This document shows, piece by piece, positions 12,033 to 26,466 of a stretch of DNA of 64,000 nt (the first letter of the stretch is position 1; every line of letters starts with the position of its first letter). Source of the stretch: Spirogloea muscicola. Taxonomy: Eukaryota. The position numbers were made by a program, and so were the translations under genes. The notes beneath the pieces were generated by a model. It had not been told where the DNA came from and did not search any database. It was given only the letters and a program-made list of their open reading frames with translations. The stretch is from positions 311,427-375,426 of the forward strand of contig WELB01000016.1 in the NCBI GenBank assembly GCA_009602725.1. Direction: 5' to 3'.

Positions 12033-15000
12033 ATGGCGGACCCCGACTCCGAGGTGGACTGGGTGGTGAGCGCCTTGTGCCGGCCCATCATGGCCGGCAG
12101 AGCTGGCCCGGGACGCCCGGTCGCGCGCTGAAGCCTCGGGCGCGCCGCCCTCTACGCTGAGCCAGGTGGTGGAAGAGGAGCTGAACGGCATCCCGGAGGT
12201 GTGGAAGCAGTCGCGCTTTGACTCGCTGCCGCACGTTGTGGAGGTCCTGACGTCGCGCGACCCCGAAGGCGCGCTGCGGGCGCTGCAGCAGCAGAGCGAA
12301 GCCATCGAGGACCTCGTCGACGACGTCGTGCAAGGGTATCACAACGGCTTCAACCGCGCCATTCACAACTACTCGCAGGTCGCCACATTGCCTTTTGCCC
12401 GCTGTCCTTCACTGCCTTGTCTCGTCTGATGGAGCTCTCGAGAGGTTCCCCACTCGAGATCCGTCTGGAAGCAAGACACGAGACCGGCTTCTTAACGAGG
12501 AGATTTAGGATGAGTGAGCTGCTCCCTCACCTGTGCCGCTTCACACAGCTTAGGGAATGGCTTCTGCAGGCCTTATTGAGAGTGTCTTATGGGACCTTGC
12601 ATTGAAGCAGATACTGAAGCTCTTTGGTGAGTCCGCGTCGAAGATGAGCGGCCTGAGAGAGAGCCTGGTTGCCGCGCGCTTGCTGCTGAGTACCAAGCAG
12701 AGCCAGCTTCAGCACCTGTGGTACCGTTCCATCACGCTCCGGAACGTGCTTACGCTCATCGATCAGATTGACAATGTGTCTAAGGTGGCCATACCATGCC
12801 AATAGGGCATTTCTCTTCCTCATTGCGGCTATAGTGGACTTCCTCATTGCGGCTGTAGTGGGCTGAAGCCACAGCAGTGCTGCTTGTTTGTACATCACCT
12901 CGTGAGTCTTCTTGTTGCACAGGGAGGGTAGCAATAAGTGATTGATTGAGTTAACCAGCTTTCTGTATCTTGATTGCCCCTACTTGTCTGCTTAGCTGTT
13001 ATTGGCCTTCACAAATGCGATCACTGTTTCCTGTTTGCTATACGTCTATGGCATTTTAGCACCAGAGCCGATGATTGATGCAAACTTCCAGCATTTGCCT
13101 GTATTGATTGCGACGACTAGGTTGCTGATCACTTAGGTGCCAGCACGTATCGAGATGCTCATCACTCAGAAGCTGTACTATGCTGCAGTACAATTGCACC
13201 TGCAATCAACAAGCATGATTGAAAGGGAGGGCATCCAGGGGGTACTTCCAGCCTCCTACAGTCTGTAGCCGCAGCCTTCTATCTAAATGTCAGATTGGTG
13301 TCACTGGCAGAACAGCTGCTTCAACAAGGCATTGGATTTCTCTGCAACTCATGCAGCAATCTGCTGGCTTGAATTGTAGCTTTTGCGTCAACTTGCAGCT
13401 GGGAGCTTTGAGGAACGTGCAGAATGACCTATCCAAGCTGCGGAGCCAGCTTTTCTTCAAGGTGCTAGAAGACCTTCAGCTGCACTTATACGGCAAAGGA
13501 GAGTACAGGTGTGACTCTTACCCCAAGCCTCACAGAGTCTTGCCTGACTGAAGCATGTTGACGTGTCATTGTTGACTGACTCCCATACTCCAATTTTTAT
13601 GTTTTCTCCTGCTGGCAGTTGGAAGTCAAATGTACTTCGTGAGGATGACGATGTCTCCGACGTGACTGTGGCCCCTGTGCCCGATATGGGTCCCAGCCAT
13701 GCATCCCCATCTCCGCACCCTTCAGTTGCAAATATGTCCCGGCGCACCCGTAGCTTTCGCAGAACCAGCTCTGGCAATGAGCGCTTTGTTGGCCACTTTG
13801 ACCCAGAGTTAGTAGGAAATTATCCCCTGAACTTCACTTGAGCTCATTCAGTGTTGTAAATCTTTCAGATTGCATCCTCTGTACTTCATATAGTGTCCAA
13901 CTTTCGCTGTCTTTCGCTGTTTACCTCCAGAAATTCTACTGACTTATTAACCTCTTCACAATTTTGGTCAATTCTTGGCTTGAAAGAGGATAAGGTGTTT
14001 GAGATTGTCTGCGCTCCAAGGCAAAAGAGCACAAGAGCACAGCAGCTTATCTTCAATTTCTCCTATCAGGGGTGTGGATGGTGGAGATGGTGGGTACGGA
14101 CCAGACAGTCCTGCATCAGTCACAGGACAATTTTCAGAGATGAGCACGAGGAGCATTGGAAGTGCTGCAAAAAAGCCGCAGAGTAGAGCACCACCTCCAT
14201 GGCTTGCAGAGGCTATTCCCAATGACTTCACGGTACAATGAGACTCCTACTTCAGGTCATCTGAGGGCTGACTTGGAGCTCTTCTGCTTTGAAAATGAGA
14301 GACTCTATTAAGCATGTCATGTCATGGAACTTTGGTCTCACTACATAGCAGTGTCATGTCCAACATAGACAGAGAATGTGATCCGGATTGCTGCCAAATC
14401 AGAGATGAAGACCTACATAGATCAGATGAAAGGCATACGGCAGCCTTGTTGCTGATCTTTTCCTGCTGATTGTGGGTTGACATATCTGATGACTGCGTGG
14501 CAGGAGACAATGGGGAAAAGTGAGGCAATAAAGAGTGTCCAATACATCCAGACTATGGTGGAATGCCTGGCACTGCTTGGCAAAGTTGCTGCAGCAGGCA
14601 CTATCTTGGCGTAAGTCAATTGAACACCAGCTGGTGACAGCCATGCATTGTCCAAGTTGTTCACTTCGACGCGTACTCATGTCCAGTCCTGCCAATGTGC
14701 AGGCAAAGGTTGAAGGCTTCAATCAAGGATCTCATTGTCACGGAGGTGCGAGAGAAAGCAAGTGCAGCTGATCTGGCTAGGCCGCGTGTCGACCAGGTGG
14801 CGCAGACACCAGTGGCGGCTGCCAGCAGTACTGGATTGGCTACCCCTCCTCCAAGCAAGCCAGGCAATCGAAGTGTGGCTGGTTTGGGGCTTGGGAGTAT
14901 CTCAGGACTGAGGTCTCCTATTGGTGCGCGCGTTGACATCAAGACAACGGCTCCTACCACGGGGCCTTTCAGCAGCGCACAGCTTGCCACGCAGGAGCTT

Positions 15001-18000
15001 CTGAATTCCATCCTCGACAGACTTGCTCATGTCCTTGGTATGTCATTTACATATTTTGCGCCTCACATTAGTACCTGCTTAAAGACAAAGGACACAGTTA
15101 TGGGGCGCAAAAAAGTGCCACTGTTGGTGCTAAGATGCAAGTTAGACCCACATACATGTTTGTATACTTAGCCAGTGTATGACCTACAGCAACTTAGAGA
15201 AGCATGTCTGTGCATGCAGAGAATCATGTGGTGGCAGGGCAGACCCTGGAAGCAAAGACCAGAGATGGTGTCAAGATTGGCTCGCCCCAACAGAATACAC
15301 ATGTGGCTCCTGATTCTGATGCGGACAGGGAGCAGGTTATGGGTGGTTACTCAGTGGCGTACATTTGGGCGTGCTTGCAAGTGTGGACCCCTGGCACAAT
15401 GCGCAGGCTCATTCACCTCTAAGAGTTCTCACTGCTTCAACAATATGCAATATGCTTTAAACCCCTTCCGCCGTGGAGAGCTACTCATGTGTTGCTCAAT
15501 TGCAAGGGTTGCAGCCCTCTCTGACACCACTACTTCTGCACGATCATTGACTTCATGTGTGAACTTTTTCTGTTTTTGGTAGGGTGAATGTCAACATCTA
15601 TTATACGAGATTGTGAGAGCTTCTCCTGATGGCACCATAGCAGACGCAGGCCATCTCCCTCGAGCTCATGATACCCGGAGGTGGGGACCCTCTCTATGGG
15701 CACTCCCTCCATGGATTGATTACAGAGATAGTCCAGCTTATGCGCTGAAGCTTGACCTTTCATCCCTTTCGCTACGGGCCTGACTGTCAAACACAAGCAT
15801 GCTGCATCACAGAATGAGGTGGCAGAGAAAAAATGCGGCAAACTTAGTGCAATAGTGTTAGCACAAAAACAAGTATGGTACTGTATTCCTTTTTTCCTTT
15901 GCTAATTCTATTCTTTGTCTCATTTCTAGCGGAAACTAATCGAGCTCCTTTTGATTTACCAGAAGCAGAAGCGGAATTAGTAGCGGGTTATAACGTAGAA
16001 TACTCTGGCTAGATAGCCAATATCACTGAACAGGTTGTCTGTTTGAGATGCAGAGCATCTCAGAAAGCTTAACTTGCACGACCTTTCCATGACTAACTTC
16101 CTCTTGCAATGCTCATACAGCAATGGAGGAGCGCATGGAAGTGGAGGGTTGACCTTCTCCTTCCGATATGCTGATAGTGGGGCTCCTGCTCCTGGTGTGT
16201 TTGCAGTACACGGCTTCTGTATGCCCACTCCTGTTGAGGTGTTTGAACTGTAGCTATGTGTTGTCGCTTGATGGAGAAAAGTAATCGTAAGGCCGAGTGC
16301 GTGCTTGAGAAGGATAGTGATATCAGTAAATATGGGAGGCAGGTGTCATGGACAATCTGCCTGGGGCTTCTCTTGGGGGGGATGGACTGCGGCATGTTCG
16401 AGGAAGGCGAGGCGAACAGGCCTACTCAGCAGATGGGTATGGCACAGCGGCCATCCTCCCTGATCGGGGAGTGGAGCTCATCAGTGCCTGTTACAAGCCT
16501 CTCCTTCAGGTACTGAACGTGATGTGTTGTCGGCAGATACATAGCCTTGCAAGGGGCACTCCAGGTCCACACTGTAGGTTGCAGTGCAGGTTGGTCATCA
16601 TCCAAATTGTTCTTGAGTACTGAGGATTGTGTGTGCAAAGGAGTGCGCGAACATTAGGGTTGCAGGTTTCTCATGCTGCTTTGCCATTACTTGCTATCTT
16701 TTGGTCCAGCGCAAGAGTATAATCAGCCCAGGTCCGCGATTGACTTGCAGTTTGTTGACAAAGCTTCCAGAATACTACCCGCTGATCAGGCAATCTCATG
16801 GTGAGAGGCCTGTGAATGCAAGGCTGCCATCATGCTACTGACTGACCTAAGTCACACCATGTTGTGTCCTGCCAATCAATTCACATACTTTGTGTGATCC
16901 CTTTGATCAGGTGTGGGAATAAGTGGTACGAAGTAGTACAAGATGAACATGGAGTACTACGCTGCTTGCATTGTTGTGAAGATGAGTGCTGAACTAACGC
17001 AGATACATTTGTGCAGGACGGATGCGCTTCGGGAATTTCTGGATGCATTTATACGTGACCAATTTCTCCCGACTGTGGGTGCACAATATCGGAGCAAAGT
17101 CGCTGATGCTTTTGCTGGTAATAATAACTTGTCAACTCATATAGGCCTTGAGGCATCTGATGGGACACAGTATCGTCCTGCATCCTGATAAAAGCTTCTG
17201 CTCATCTTCTCATTGGGCAGGACCGGCGGCCTTCAGGCTGCAGGGACGGGCTCTTACATCCTACGAGAAGGATGTTGAGAAAGGGCGGCCAGTTCTGCAA
17301 GGGCCATTATCAGCTGAGCGGCTGATTGCAGAGGTTATTTTAAGTCTTACTGCATATTGAGAATGTTATGAGTTAGCAGCAGCGCAGTGATATGTCTCAA
17401 TTGCTTGGATGTTGATGTACATTTCAGCTCTTGCAATTCTAAAGCATCGAAAGCGGAGACCTTCAAATATGTATTTGTTCGCATGTCTCTCTCTTGCATG
17501 GCAGGTTTTGAGATGGGCCCAGGTCATGCCTGTCTATTCTACCAGCTTCTTGGAGGTTGTTCAGGTTCTGCTTGACCGCATATTGGAACGCTGTCGTGGT
17601 GTCTATACAGAGGTATGTCTTCACCAGTCACACCATGACAGAGATGATTGGCAAGCGGCTATCTACCTGCATCGCAACCTTAAGTTTGTCTTCGCTGTAT
17701 CAGTCTTCTGCAACCCTGAGCCAATGTCTTGCTTTGTAGGCTGTTCTGGGAAGCCTTAGCTCCGGTTTGGCTACCAGGAGCGACATGGAGGGCCTGATGA
17801 GACAGCAGGTTTCAAGCGCGCTGTTAAGTCCTGTGGAATTGCCTCCCATTACATATAAAGAAGCCCGCGACAATCCTCCTCTTGACAGTGAGGCATATGA
17901 GATTGACATGGAGCTGCACAATATGCTATTAGCGCTGCGACCTATTCGAGAGGTGAAATTAGCCTTACTTATGCCATGTGGGCAAGTCACAGGTGTCTTT

Positions 18001-20382
18001 GCACGACTCTCACTCTTGCTACTGCTTCCTACTTTCCCTTTGTACTATATTAATCAGGCATGAAATCAGTGTGAGTTTCTCACCTGCAAACCCATATGCT
18101 TGTTGTGCAATTATGTCTGCAACAGGAGCAGCTGATGACTGATATGCACAAAATCGTCCTGCTCGCGGCTCTGAGTGACACCCTTGAATACATGGCGGAC
18201 TCGATTACCTTGTAAGTTGTACTATGTTGGGTGATAGTCTTTGCCGAATGGCCTGCACGTCAATGGCCAGATTAGCTCCGACTGTGCTGCTTTGCAACTA
18301 GACTCATTGAGTGTCTCACTCACTCGTGGGTGTGAATCATGTCGAGCATTTATTACATGCAAGCATTGCAAGGGCTCCTCCGCCTGCAGCAGGAATCACA
18401 TATCCAGCCTTGGGTGTGATCTTGATGATGCTGTGCATCAGGTTCAGCCAAACAGGGTCTTTCATAGGGACACCGCTGCAAAGACGAAGTCCTCTGAAAT
18501 TAAAGGATGGGGGGCCTCCGAGGGCAGAGGGTGGTGGGTTGCTGATTGGGGGCTTGAACAATTTGGCAACAAAGTACAGGGCCCTAGCTGTTGACTGCCT
18601 GCGGACCCTTCGCCTTGAGGTCCAGCTGCATACAATTTACTATCTGCAGGTTTGTGGGTAATCTTCCTGCAAGTCTCTGGTTGCCATTGCTGTTGTTCAA
18701 CGTGCTGCTAAGAACAAATATAGGGTTTGCATGGTTGCCGACCGACATCTTGTGGTTTTGACTCAGAGCATGACAAGTTGCTTGTATGAGGCTGAGACAA
18801 GTGCTGAAGATCCAGAGGACTTTGTGATTAGTTTGACTACACAGGTACATGACTAGGTCACTCTGTCACCTTTGAGTAATAGCTCCAAGCACTTCTCTAG
18901 CACTGTCTGCGCTCCTGGGTAGAGCATATATCTGGAGGTATTGATCCTTGAAGGCAGTCAGTTACTGGCACACTGGGTTCTACCAGATTGATATATGAGA
19001 TGGTTGCGGTGATACTGCTGGCATGACATGCAGTACACAATCATATACATCTTAAGGTGCAGATACAAACAGTTGGATTTGGTTAGATGTTAGTCTGTGA
19101 CACGCAGTAAGGCATTCCTTAAGGGTCTCAGATGCTGATGGCGATGTCACAAGAAGATAATCTATTAGAGCTGGTGAATAGCTGACTGTAATAGTAGGTC
19201 ATCTCTGCTATGGATGTTGCAGCTGACCAGGATGGATGAGGAGATGTCCTGTTACATCTCCCCCATGCGCAGGAGCTATGTGTTTGGAAGCATTTGTAGC
19301 CTCGCATCGACAGCTTTCATAAAGGTAGCACGTTGAGGCCACATATGCCAAATCAGCGTTGTTCTCTGCAAGCAGCACCATTACTGTATACTCGTAGCGG
19401 TGGACTTCATGCTGGTAGCCTCCGGGAAAGTTGATGCTGGTAGCCTCTGAAGCCGTTGGTAGGTGCTAGGATGCCTGCTATTAACTGACATACTGAGAAA
19501 ATATATGCTTGTACATCCAGGAGGTTGCCAATATACAGAGTATCAATTCATTGGGGGTGCGGCAAATCTGCTGCAATTGCATAGCATTGCAACAGGTAAG
19601 GGCTTGTTAGTAAAACATGTCAGTTGCCTAAGTGGATGCTTGATTCAATCGTGCAGGGAGTTATGTCCACAGGCTGCTTGCCAAGATCATTGATGCTTCA
19701 TTTTGACTCAAGGCAGCAGCAAAAGTGGCCGCCTCCTGAGTAGCATGCTTCCTCTATAAGGCTTGCAAATTCTGGATATTGTTGTGCAGACACTCGCCAG
19801 TATGGGATGCAATGGCAGCAGCAGTGTACAACAGAGTCTAGACCGAGTCCGAACATACTACGAGCTTCTTAATCTGCCGATAGAGGTACAGTAGGCATGA
19901 CATCATGCATACCAGTGCAATTTGTTGCAATGCTGCCATCACCTTGTCTGACCTTGAATTGATATAGACATGGAAGTCCTTTTGAGTTGCGACTTGCACA
20001 TGCCAGGATAAGGTCACCCCGGAGCATCAAGAGCGCAGGCACAGCTTTATCTGATCTGAGCTGCTGTTTATGCAGTCACTGCTGGCTTTCGTGACAGAAC
20101 ACGACCGGCTGTTCTCTGTCCAGGAGTAAGCTTCTCACATGAAGCTTGCGGTACCCTCTTGTTGTTAAATTCGTATGAATACGTCTTGCTGATCTTTGAC
20201 AGTTGCAGCCAGTGAAACCAGGTTAAGAATCTCATCATTTCTTGACATGAAAAATCATACACTCACTAAGCAAGCAAGCTGTGATTGTGTGCAGATACTC
20301 GAACCTTCTCAAGGTCAATGTGCCAGGCCGTGAGGTTCAGCCCGATGCAGCTCAAAGAATTGCTCGCATTGTTGCTCCGTAG
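12033..20382 (+). CDS. SEC8: Exocyst complex component SEC8/EXOC4, multi-exon
   Basis: Exons encode [106 protein letters not shown] and [13 protein letters not shown]. These match plant SEC8 motifs as I recall them. The first exon (ATG 12033) is short and less certain. Confidence 0.93.
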
Positions 20383-20791
20383 AAGCATGTCTATATTTTG
20401 TTCACCAGCTTATTATTCAGCCTGTCCTCTGGGGACGTCCATCGTGTAGTTGACCCATCATGCTGACCCTGCATGCTTAAGTTCCTCCCATTGATTGTGC
20501 TTGACAATTGTAATAACATTTGGTTGATCTCAAGAGAGGAGTATGTACACTTGACTGTGAGTGGTGACATACCCAGACACCACAAGATGCTCGCTGTGGC
20601 GAAAACCAACGGTGCTTACATTGTAACAGCGTGGTGTGTGTGATGAGGAATGGCATGACAAATACACAGGGTTTTCCAGCAGCTGTCTATGATGGTGCGA
20701 GCTATGCTGGTGGCACTGACGCTGGCTGCTAGGAAGCAGAGTATCTTGGGGAAGATTTGGCCAGGCTCCTCTAGCAGTCTGCTTGGAGACT

Positions 20792-20819
20792 CTAAACCCT
20801 AAACCCTAAACCCTAAACC
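20792..20819 (+). repeat. Interstitial plant-type telomeric repeat (CCCTAAA)x~4
   Basis: The sequence reads ctaaaccctaaaccctaaaccctaaacc. Confidence 0.85.
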
Positions 20820-21267
20820 TGCTCGTAGGATGCCTGAAATGTCCAGCCTCTCAGAAACGGCAACAATGAAGCAACTGTAACCTCTCTGCAAGAGCGCCAG
20901 ACTATGTGCGGGCATTTGGTTTGCCTTGAGCTCTGAGCGGCCAGCAACAGCAGTCTGTCATGCGAGAGGGCGTCTATGTGAGATGGCGCCGATAGGTCTA
21001 GAAGAAGATAAATGCTGACGTGCTAGTCTACACGATACACATACCAACTGAAGATGTTGGCTACTTTGCCCAGGCTGACGTGAAAGACAGTCTGATAAGA
21101 GACCAACAGTAACGACTGTTATCAGTTGTCAAAGATCACAGCACCGTTTATAAGTCAAGAACAGTCGACTAAGTAGCATCCCCCCCCCGGTTAGCTAACT
21201 CCAGTCAGCCAAGGCTTCCCCTTCAGCGACTTCTCGCTTAAGGACAACAGTCTCAGCTGTAGGAATC

Positions 21268-21275
21268 CACGTGGC
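21268..21275 (+). promoter_or_regulatory. G-box/ABRE motif CACGTGGC ~290 bp upstream of the KNB36-like ATG
   Basis: Exact motif match; GCTGACGTG also occurs twice (~21014 and ~21074). Function is not demonstrated. Confidence 0.3.
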
Positions 21276-21564
21276 AAGCCAGGTCAGCTGTCCTAGTCAG
21301 ATCGACACGATTAAGCCGTCGACGGGATGTAGTACGACAAGTCCCAGTGCCCCAATGGTCGAGCCGGCCGTTGGGTTGGGGGGCGGGGTGGCACGGTCGC
21401 TAGCGATGGTGGTCCCCCGGCTCCTCCTAGATCATCCTCCTGAACAGCTCATTCCGTCGGAGTCACGTTAATGTTACGCCATACCTTGCTCAACACATTG
21501 ACGGGCCTCAAGATGGAGAAGAGCTCGAGTAGCCCCCCTTCAGAAACTGCAGGCCAGGCGTGCC

Positions 21565-22759
21565 ATGGCGGCGGCGCCTGAGCCGCGACCGCCGCCGCCG
21601 CCGCCGACGCCGCTGCCGCCACCGGCAGTCAAGCGGCATGTGCCCGCCGCCGTGGTGCGTCTTGGTGCTCGCCGGGTCGTGCTGCCGCCAACTCATGCTG
21701 CCGCCAACATATGGTGATAGGCAGCAATGGACGGGCAATGACGGGCACATGTGGCCGCCGCCAACGGAATGGGCATGCAGCATTGCTTAGATGCTCCATG
21801 TCGCGGCAGGACTTCTATTCGTCCTTGATCATGCACCACTTCGTCGTTAGCGCAGGCGTAGGCGGCCACCGAACCGTGCAGTCCTATGGCAGCGGATGTC
21901 ATCAAGACCTGCTTACAGCATGGATCAAGTGCCCACATTCTACGTCCATATTCTTCGCAGCGTATCCCCTTTCTTTTGACCACATCTGCGGATTGTGCTA
22001 CCTCGACGGTCTGTCTTTTCAGAACGTGGCTCTGATTGCTTATGCGTGCCAGACTTTGGATGCTACGGATGTTGCCAAGAAGGCTAGAGGGTTGCAATCC
22101 AATGGTGGCGAGAACCTCCAGAGGCCTCCTGAAGACGTGAGCGTAAGTGAGCCAAGCGCTGGATTGCAAAATGATCAGCCAGAGATTGGTTTGGAGAATA
22201 GGCGAAACTCGTCGGAGATGGAGGCAAATATGATGGTCATCAAAGAGAAAATCGAGAGGTTCAATGAAGAGGTGAGGTCGGGAGGAGGTAAATACAATGC
22301 TGCAGGAAGGGCAGAAGGAATCCTACACATGTCCTACTAACGTAGTGTGACTGCATGTCAGAAGAATTCTTTGGAATTTGCTGAGGAGGGACATAAGGTT
22401 GGAATGTGGAACATCCGCCATTAGCAAGCCTGTCAATTTTGCAGATCATTACAATCCTGGAAGCAGGAAAGAGATTCTTTGCTGAGGCGGCACAGAGCTT
22501 TGAGGGAAATCTAGTACAGTATCCACAACCAGCACCTGTTGGCTGGCCGCTGCAGCTCCCGCAACCAGGCATGGCCGTAGCCTGTCCATATTTATGTCCT
22601 CCTGTCAATCCTTGATGCAATCGAAGGCTTCACCATCAGCACATGGAAAGGTGGGAGGAGGAGCTGGAGGTGCTGCAGGGCATGGACATTGCAAATGAGG
22701 AGATGTGGTGCCGGCTGGGCACTGCTCAGAGCCACTTCACCTGCCATAGACGGGCTTGA
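21565..22759 (+). CDS. Small coiled-coil protein resembling plant knotted1-binding protein (KNB36/At5g03050-like), multi-exon
   Basis: Spliced exons read SSEMEANMMVIKEKIERFNEE|IITILEAGKRFFAEAAQSFEGNLVQ|LHHQHMERWEEELEVLQGMDIANEE..*, which resembles the recalled KNB36-family pattern (EME..KIE.F..LE.GK..FEE.L..H.E.W.EE..LD..NEE). The first exon MAAAPEPRPPPP.. (ATG 21565) is inferred. Confidence 0.6.
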
Positions 22760-23236
22760 GATCCTCATATTTCTCTACTTCAGAGACAAAGAGGTGCAAC
22801 GAACACGGCCTTGTGTCTGATATTCCAGCATAGGCTTATAAAGATGAGTAATGCAGTGGCTGCTGTCATTGCATTTCGCTAATCTTCATGTGATTGTTTT
22901 GCTGTTAGGTGCCAGCTAGGGCAGACTGTCTGCACATGCTTGTCCTCGTATCTACAGGATGGGGTACTGGAAGCACGATGCCAGAGGCGCCTGACATTCA
23001 CACCAATCAACAAATACTTGAACATGGTGCTTTCTTCAAGGTACTTGAAGGCATCTTGGCATTGCATTATATTACTTCAAGTGCTGATCATGACACCAGT
23101 ATACATGTTCTTGTACAGCAGAATCAGAAGAGGCACTAAAATTGCATACCCCACTGTAGCAGCGCCACCTGAAAATGGATATACTTAAGCACTACCTAAA
23201 TAGTACCACTACTCTGACACACTCCAGCCAGGCCCA

Positions 23237-24452
23237 CTACAAAGAGCCGCGTTGCAGCTCAAGCTGCTTAATTCGTTGAATCTGCTTGCCAGGGTTCAGC
23301 CCCTTGGGGCACGTCTTGGCACAATTCATAATAGTGTGGCAGCGGTATAGCTTGTACTCGTCATTGATTGCCTCCAGCCTCTCTCGTGTAAACTGGTCAC
23401 GACTGTCGGCAATCCATCTGCATCGCAAGCAGCACAACACAAGAGCGCGGTCATCGGAGACTTGGCTTGTTGACCTGCCTTGACCTCTAGCGTGAAGCAC
23501 CTGGAAAGATCTCCAAGCATACAGCAATTCCCAACATGAGCAGCTCAGCGCTTTCAGTTGTCAATAACAGCCTCCATAGAAAGAGCAACAGTACCTATGG
23601 GCATGAAGCAGTGCTGCCGGGCCAAGGTACTTCTCTGGATTCCACCAATAGCTTGGGCAGGCAGTGCTGCAACAGGCACACAGGATGCACTCGTACATGC
23701 CATCAAGCTTGGTACGGTCCTTCTTGCTCTGCAGGTGCTCCTTTTGGTTCGGCGCGGGGGTCTTGGTCTTCAGCCAGGGCTCAATGGACTTGTACTGCGC
23801 GTAGAAGTTGGTCATATCCACAACCAGGTCCTTGACAACAAACATGTGGGGCAGCGGCGTGACTGGCGTCGGCAGGGGCGAGGTGTCTGTGACCTGCGAC
23901 AGCGGAAAGCATCCCACAAGTCAGAGAACGAGTGAGAGGCTATCTTGCCTAGCGTCACCAACAGAAAGCTGTGGCAGGACAGGAGGGCTACCGTGGAGTT
24001 GGCAGCCATAGTGTGCTCTGAGCAGATATACCGACGCAACCCGTAGCATCCAGGCGGGCGGGGCGGACCTTGGTGAGGCAGGCGAGGCCATTGGAGCCGT
24101 TGATGTTCATGGCGCAGGAGCCGCAGATGCCCTCGCGGCAGGAGCGGCGGAACGTCAGCCCGGGGTCCTGCTCGTTCTTGATCTTGAGCAGCACGTCCAG
24201 CATCATGGGCCCGCAGTCGTTCACGTCCACCGTGTACGTCTGCATGCGCGGCTTGTCGCTGTGGTCCGGGTCCCAGCGGTAGATGGCGAATTGCTTCGGC
24301 TTGGGGCCCTTGCTGGACGCCGTCGCCGGCGGCTCGGGCCGCTCCTCCGACGCCGAGCCTGACCCGGGGCCCACGCCGCGCCCGGGCCCCGTCCGGGCCT
24401 CCTCCGTTGCCGCGTGCGCCGNGGCGACTGGGCCGCGCCTCAGCGCCAGCAT
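23237..24452 (-). CDS. SDH2: Succinate dehydrogenase iron-sulfur subunit (mitochondrial), 3 exons
   Basis: Exons encode [69 protein letters not shown] and [20 protein letters not shown]. Confidence 0.97.
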
Positions 24453-24581
24453 CGCTGCAGCTGGCGAAGGTCCTGCCGCCTGCGCTGGCACACCCGCGCC
24501 CGCGAGCGAGCGCAGCAGACGCCGCCCACCAAGTCCTTGGGCTTGCCGCGGAGAGATACGCCCAGGTTAACCGCAAACGAA

Positions 24582-24614
<33 letters not shown>

Positions 24615-24699
24615 GCCGGGCACGGGAAGCGGAGGCGGCGGCGGGAGTGGTCGCCTGCGTGTCAGGGCGACGCCAGAGAAGCCTTGTGATTTTTTCCAG

Positions 24700-25300
24700 A
24701 GGCCACAGTCATTCTTTTGTGGGCCAGCCATTTACAGCACACCACCTTTGGAAGCGCTGCTTCTTCCTTCTTTCGCAGATGGGCCTCTGGAGAGGGCCGA
24801 CGTGGAGCCCCGCTTGGGAGCGCGTCGGCGAGCCCCTCACCTTTTCGAGCTGGCCTTTTCACAGCTCATTTCTTTCACAGCCATCTATGTAAGAAGCTTC
24901 TCCTCATTTATTTCCTTGGGGCTTGGCCTCCTCCGAAGCTCGGTGGCTCGGCTTCCCTTCTGCGGTTTACGCGGCGAGCGGTGGCCCGACGGTCGGGGGC
25001 CGGCAGAGTGAGCAGCCACAGTCGGGGGCTCGCTGGCTCAGGTGGTGTACACCTCGTGCATCATCACCAACATGATCACTGAGTGACTACGATAGCAGCC
25101 AGTTGTTCTTGTTTGTTTCCTTCATACTCCGTTGTTCATCTCAGCAGTTTCCTCTTCAAACTGGTGAACCTCGTCTACCTCCTCCTTGGCACTCCAACTC
25201 CTTCAGACCTTGTCCATTCTTTTGGGCTGGCCTCTCCCAGCCACCAGTTAATCTGGCCGCGCTTGCTTTCCTTGGGCTGGCCTCCTTTCACAGCCACTGC
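24700..25300 (+). repeat. Copies of the modular repeat upstream of SDH2
   Basis: ccttgtccattcttttgggctggcctctcccagccaccagttaatctggccgcgcttgc at ~25208-25266 matches 32400-32458 and, reverse-complemented, ~63294-63352 and ~63924-63982. Degenerate cores lie at ~24847 and ~25274. Confidence 0.85.
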
Positions 25301-26466
25301 ATTCTCTTTGAAGTCACACGTTCTCTGCCACACCAGCTCAAACCATCCTACTGCCCTCCAGATGGCACAGGGGTAACGCAGAAGAGCTCTTTCAACCCAC
25401 ATGTGCAGCCGGCCCATCTTAGCTTCGGGCTTACCGCATGGTGAGACTTCACACTGGCAGTGGTTAGCAGTCTCTAACAACCGCCGCTCTTCACAACCCA
25501 CTCACAGCTGCTCCACCTCGACGCCAGCAACTCGCTTCAGGCAAGTCGCCAGGTTCATACCTTGCAGAGTGTGCGGGGAGCCCACAGTGATAATCCTCCC
25601 CTCTTTCCTCTCTCTGCTTTCTTTCCCCGCTGCCTTTCCCAGCTGCTGGCGCACATTGCCCACCATTGCTTTCTAGAAACGCCCACTCAGGACGCCCACT
25701 CACTCTCTACTCAGAACTCACTAGATCCCAGGTTAAGCCTTACTGCTCCCGCATGGCGCCCTGCACACAACGTCCTAGTAATTCCGGATGAGTACCCAGT
25801 AAAAAGCACCAATTGCAAACTGCCCTCCAAGCATTTGTTTGGATCCCTTCGCCTCTTGAGTGCTCTGCATCTGCCAATGAGCAGCACACAGGCGAAGCAG
25901 TCTTGCTAGAGTGCTAATGTCACTCTTTATTCTGTGTTGAGGCAGGCTGGCGCTTGGAGGCCGTGCTAGAGCCCAAGATACACTCTTAGCATGCTTGGGG
26001 AACTTGGCCTCACATTGGCACCAGCTCAGCCGCGGGCTGCGGCAAGGCCCTGTGTCTGCTGCATCTGCCACCTGGCACATGACCTTCTTGTGGTAATTGC
26101 CACCAATATTGTCATTGAACACAAGCTTTTCAATGCACAGCGGTAATTGTACGACTGCATCCGCATCAGCTTCAGTGACATTCTTAATGTTTGTCTGAGT
26201 TTAGTTGAGCAGAGGAGCTGCACTGACCCGCCTCTTGAGGGTTGACAAGTAATTGACAATATCCAAATGCGGCTGAAGAAGGAGAGAGGCCAAGGAAATG
26301 GCTGCCTCGGCCTTGTGCTCAAGCCACGGGTCCTGGAGAGTGCTAAGGAGCATCTACACACCTCGTCCTTGCCGTCCACATTGCCTGACACCCTGCTTCC
26401 TAGAGCGCCACAGTAATATTACAGGCTGCCAAGCTGTGGTAGCAGCTAAGTAAGGCGTGACATGCG

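Noticed and set aside
20792..20819. Telomerase RNA template
   Set aside because: About four full repeats is longer than a typical template, and no recognisable USE/TATA Pol III promoter or terminator flanks it.
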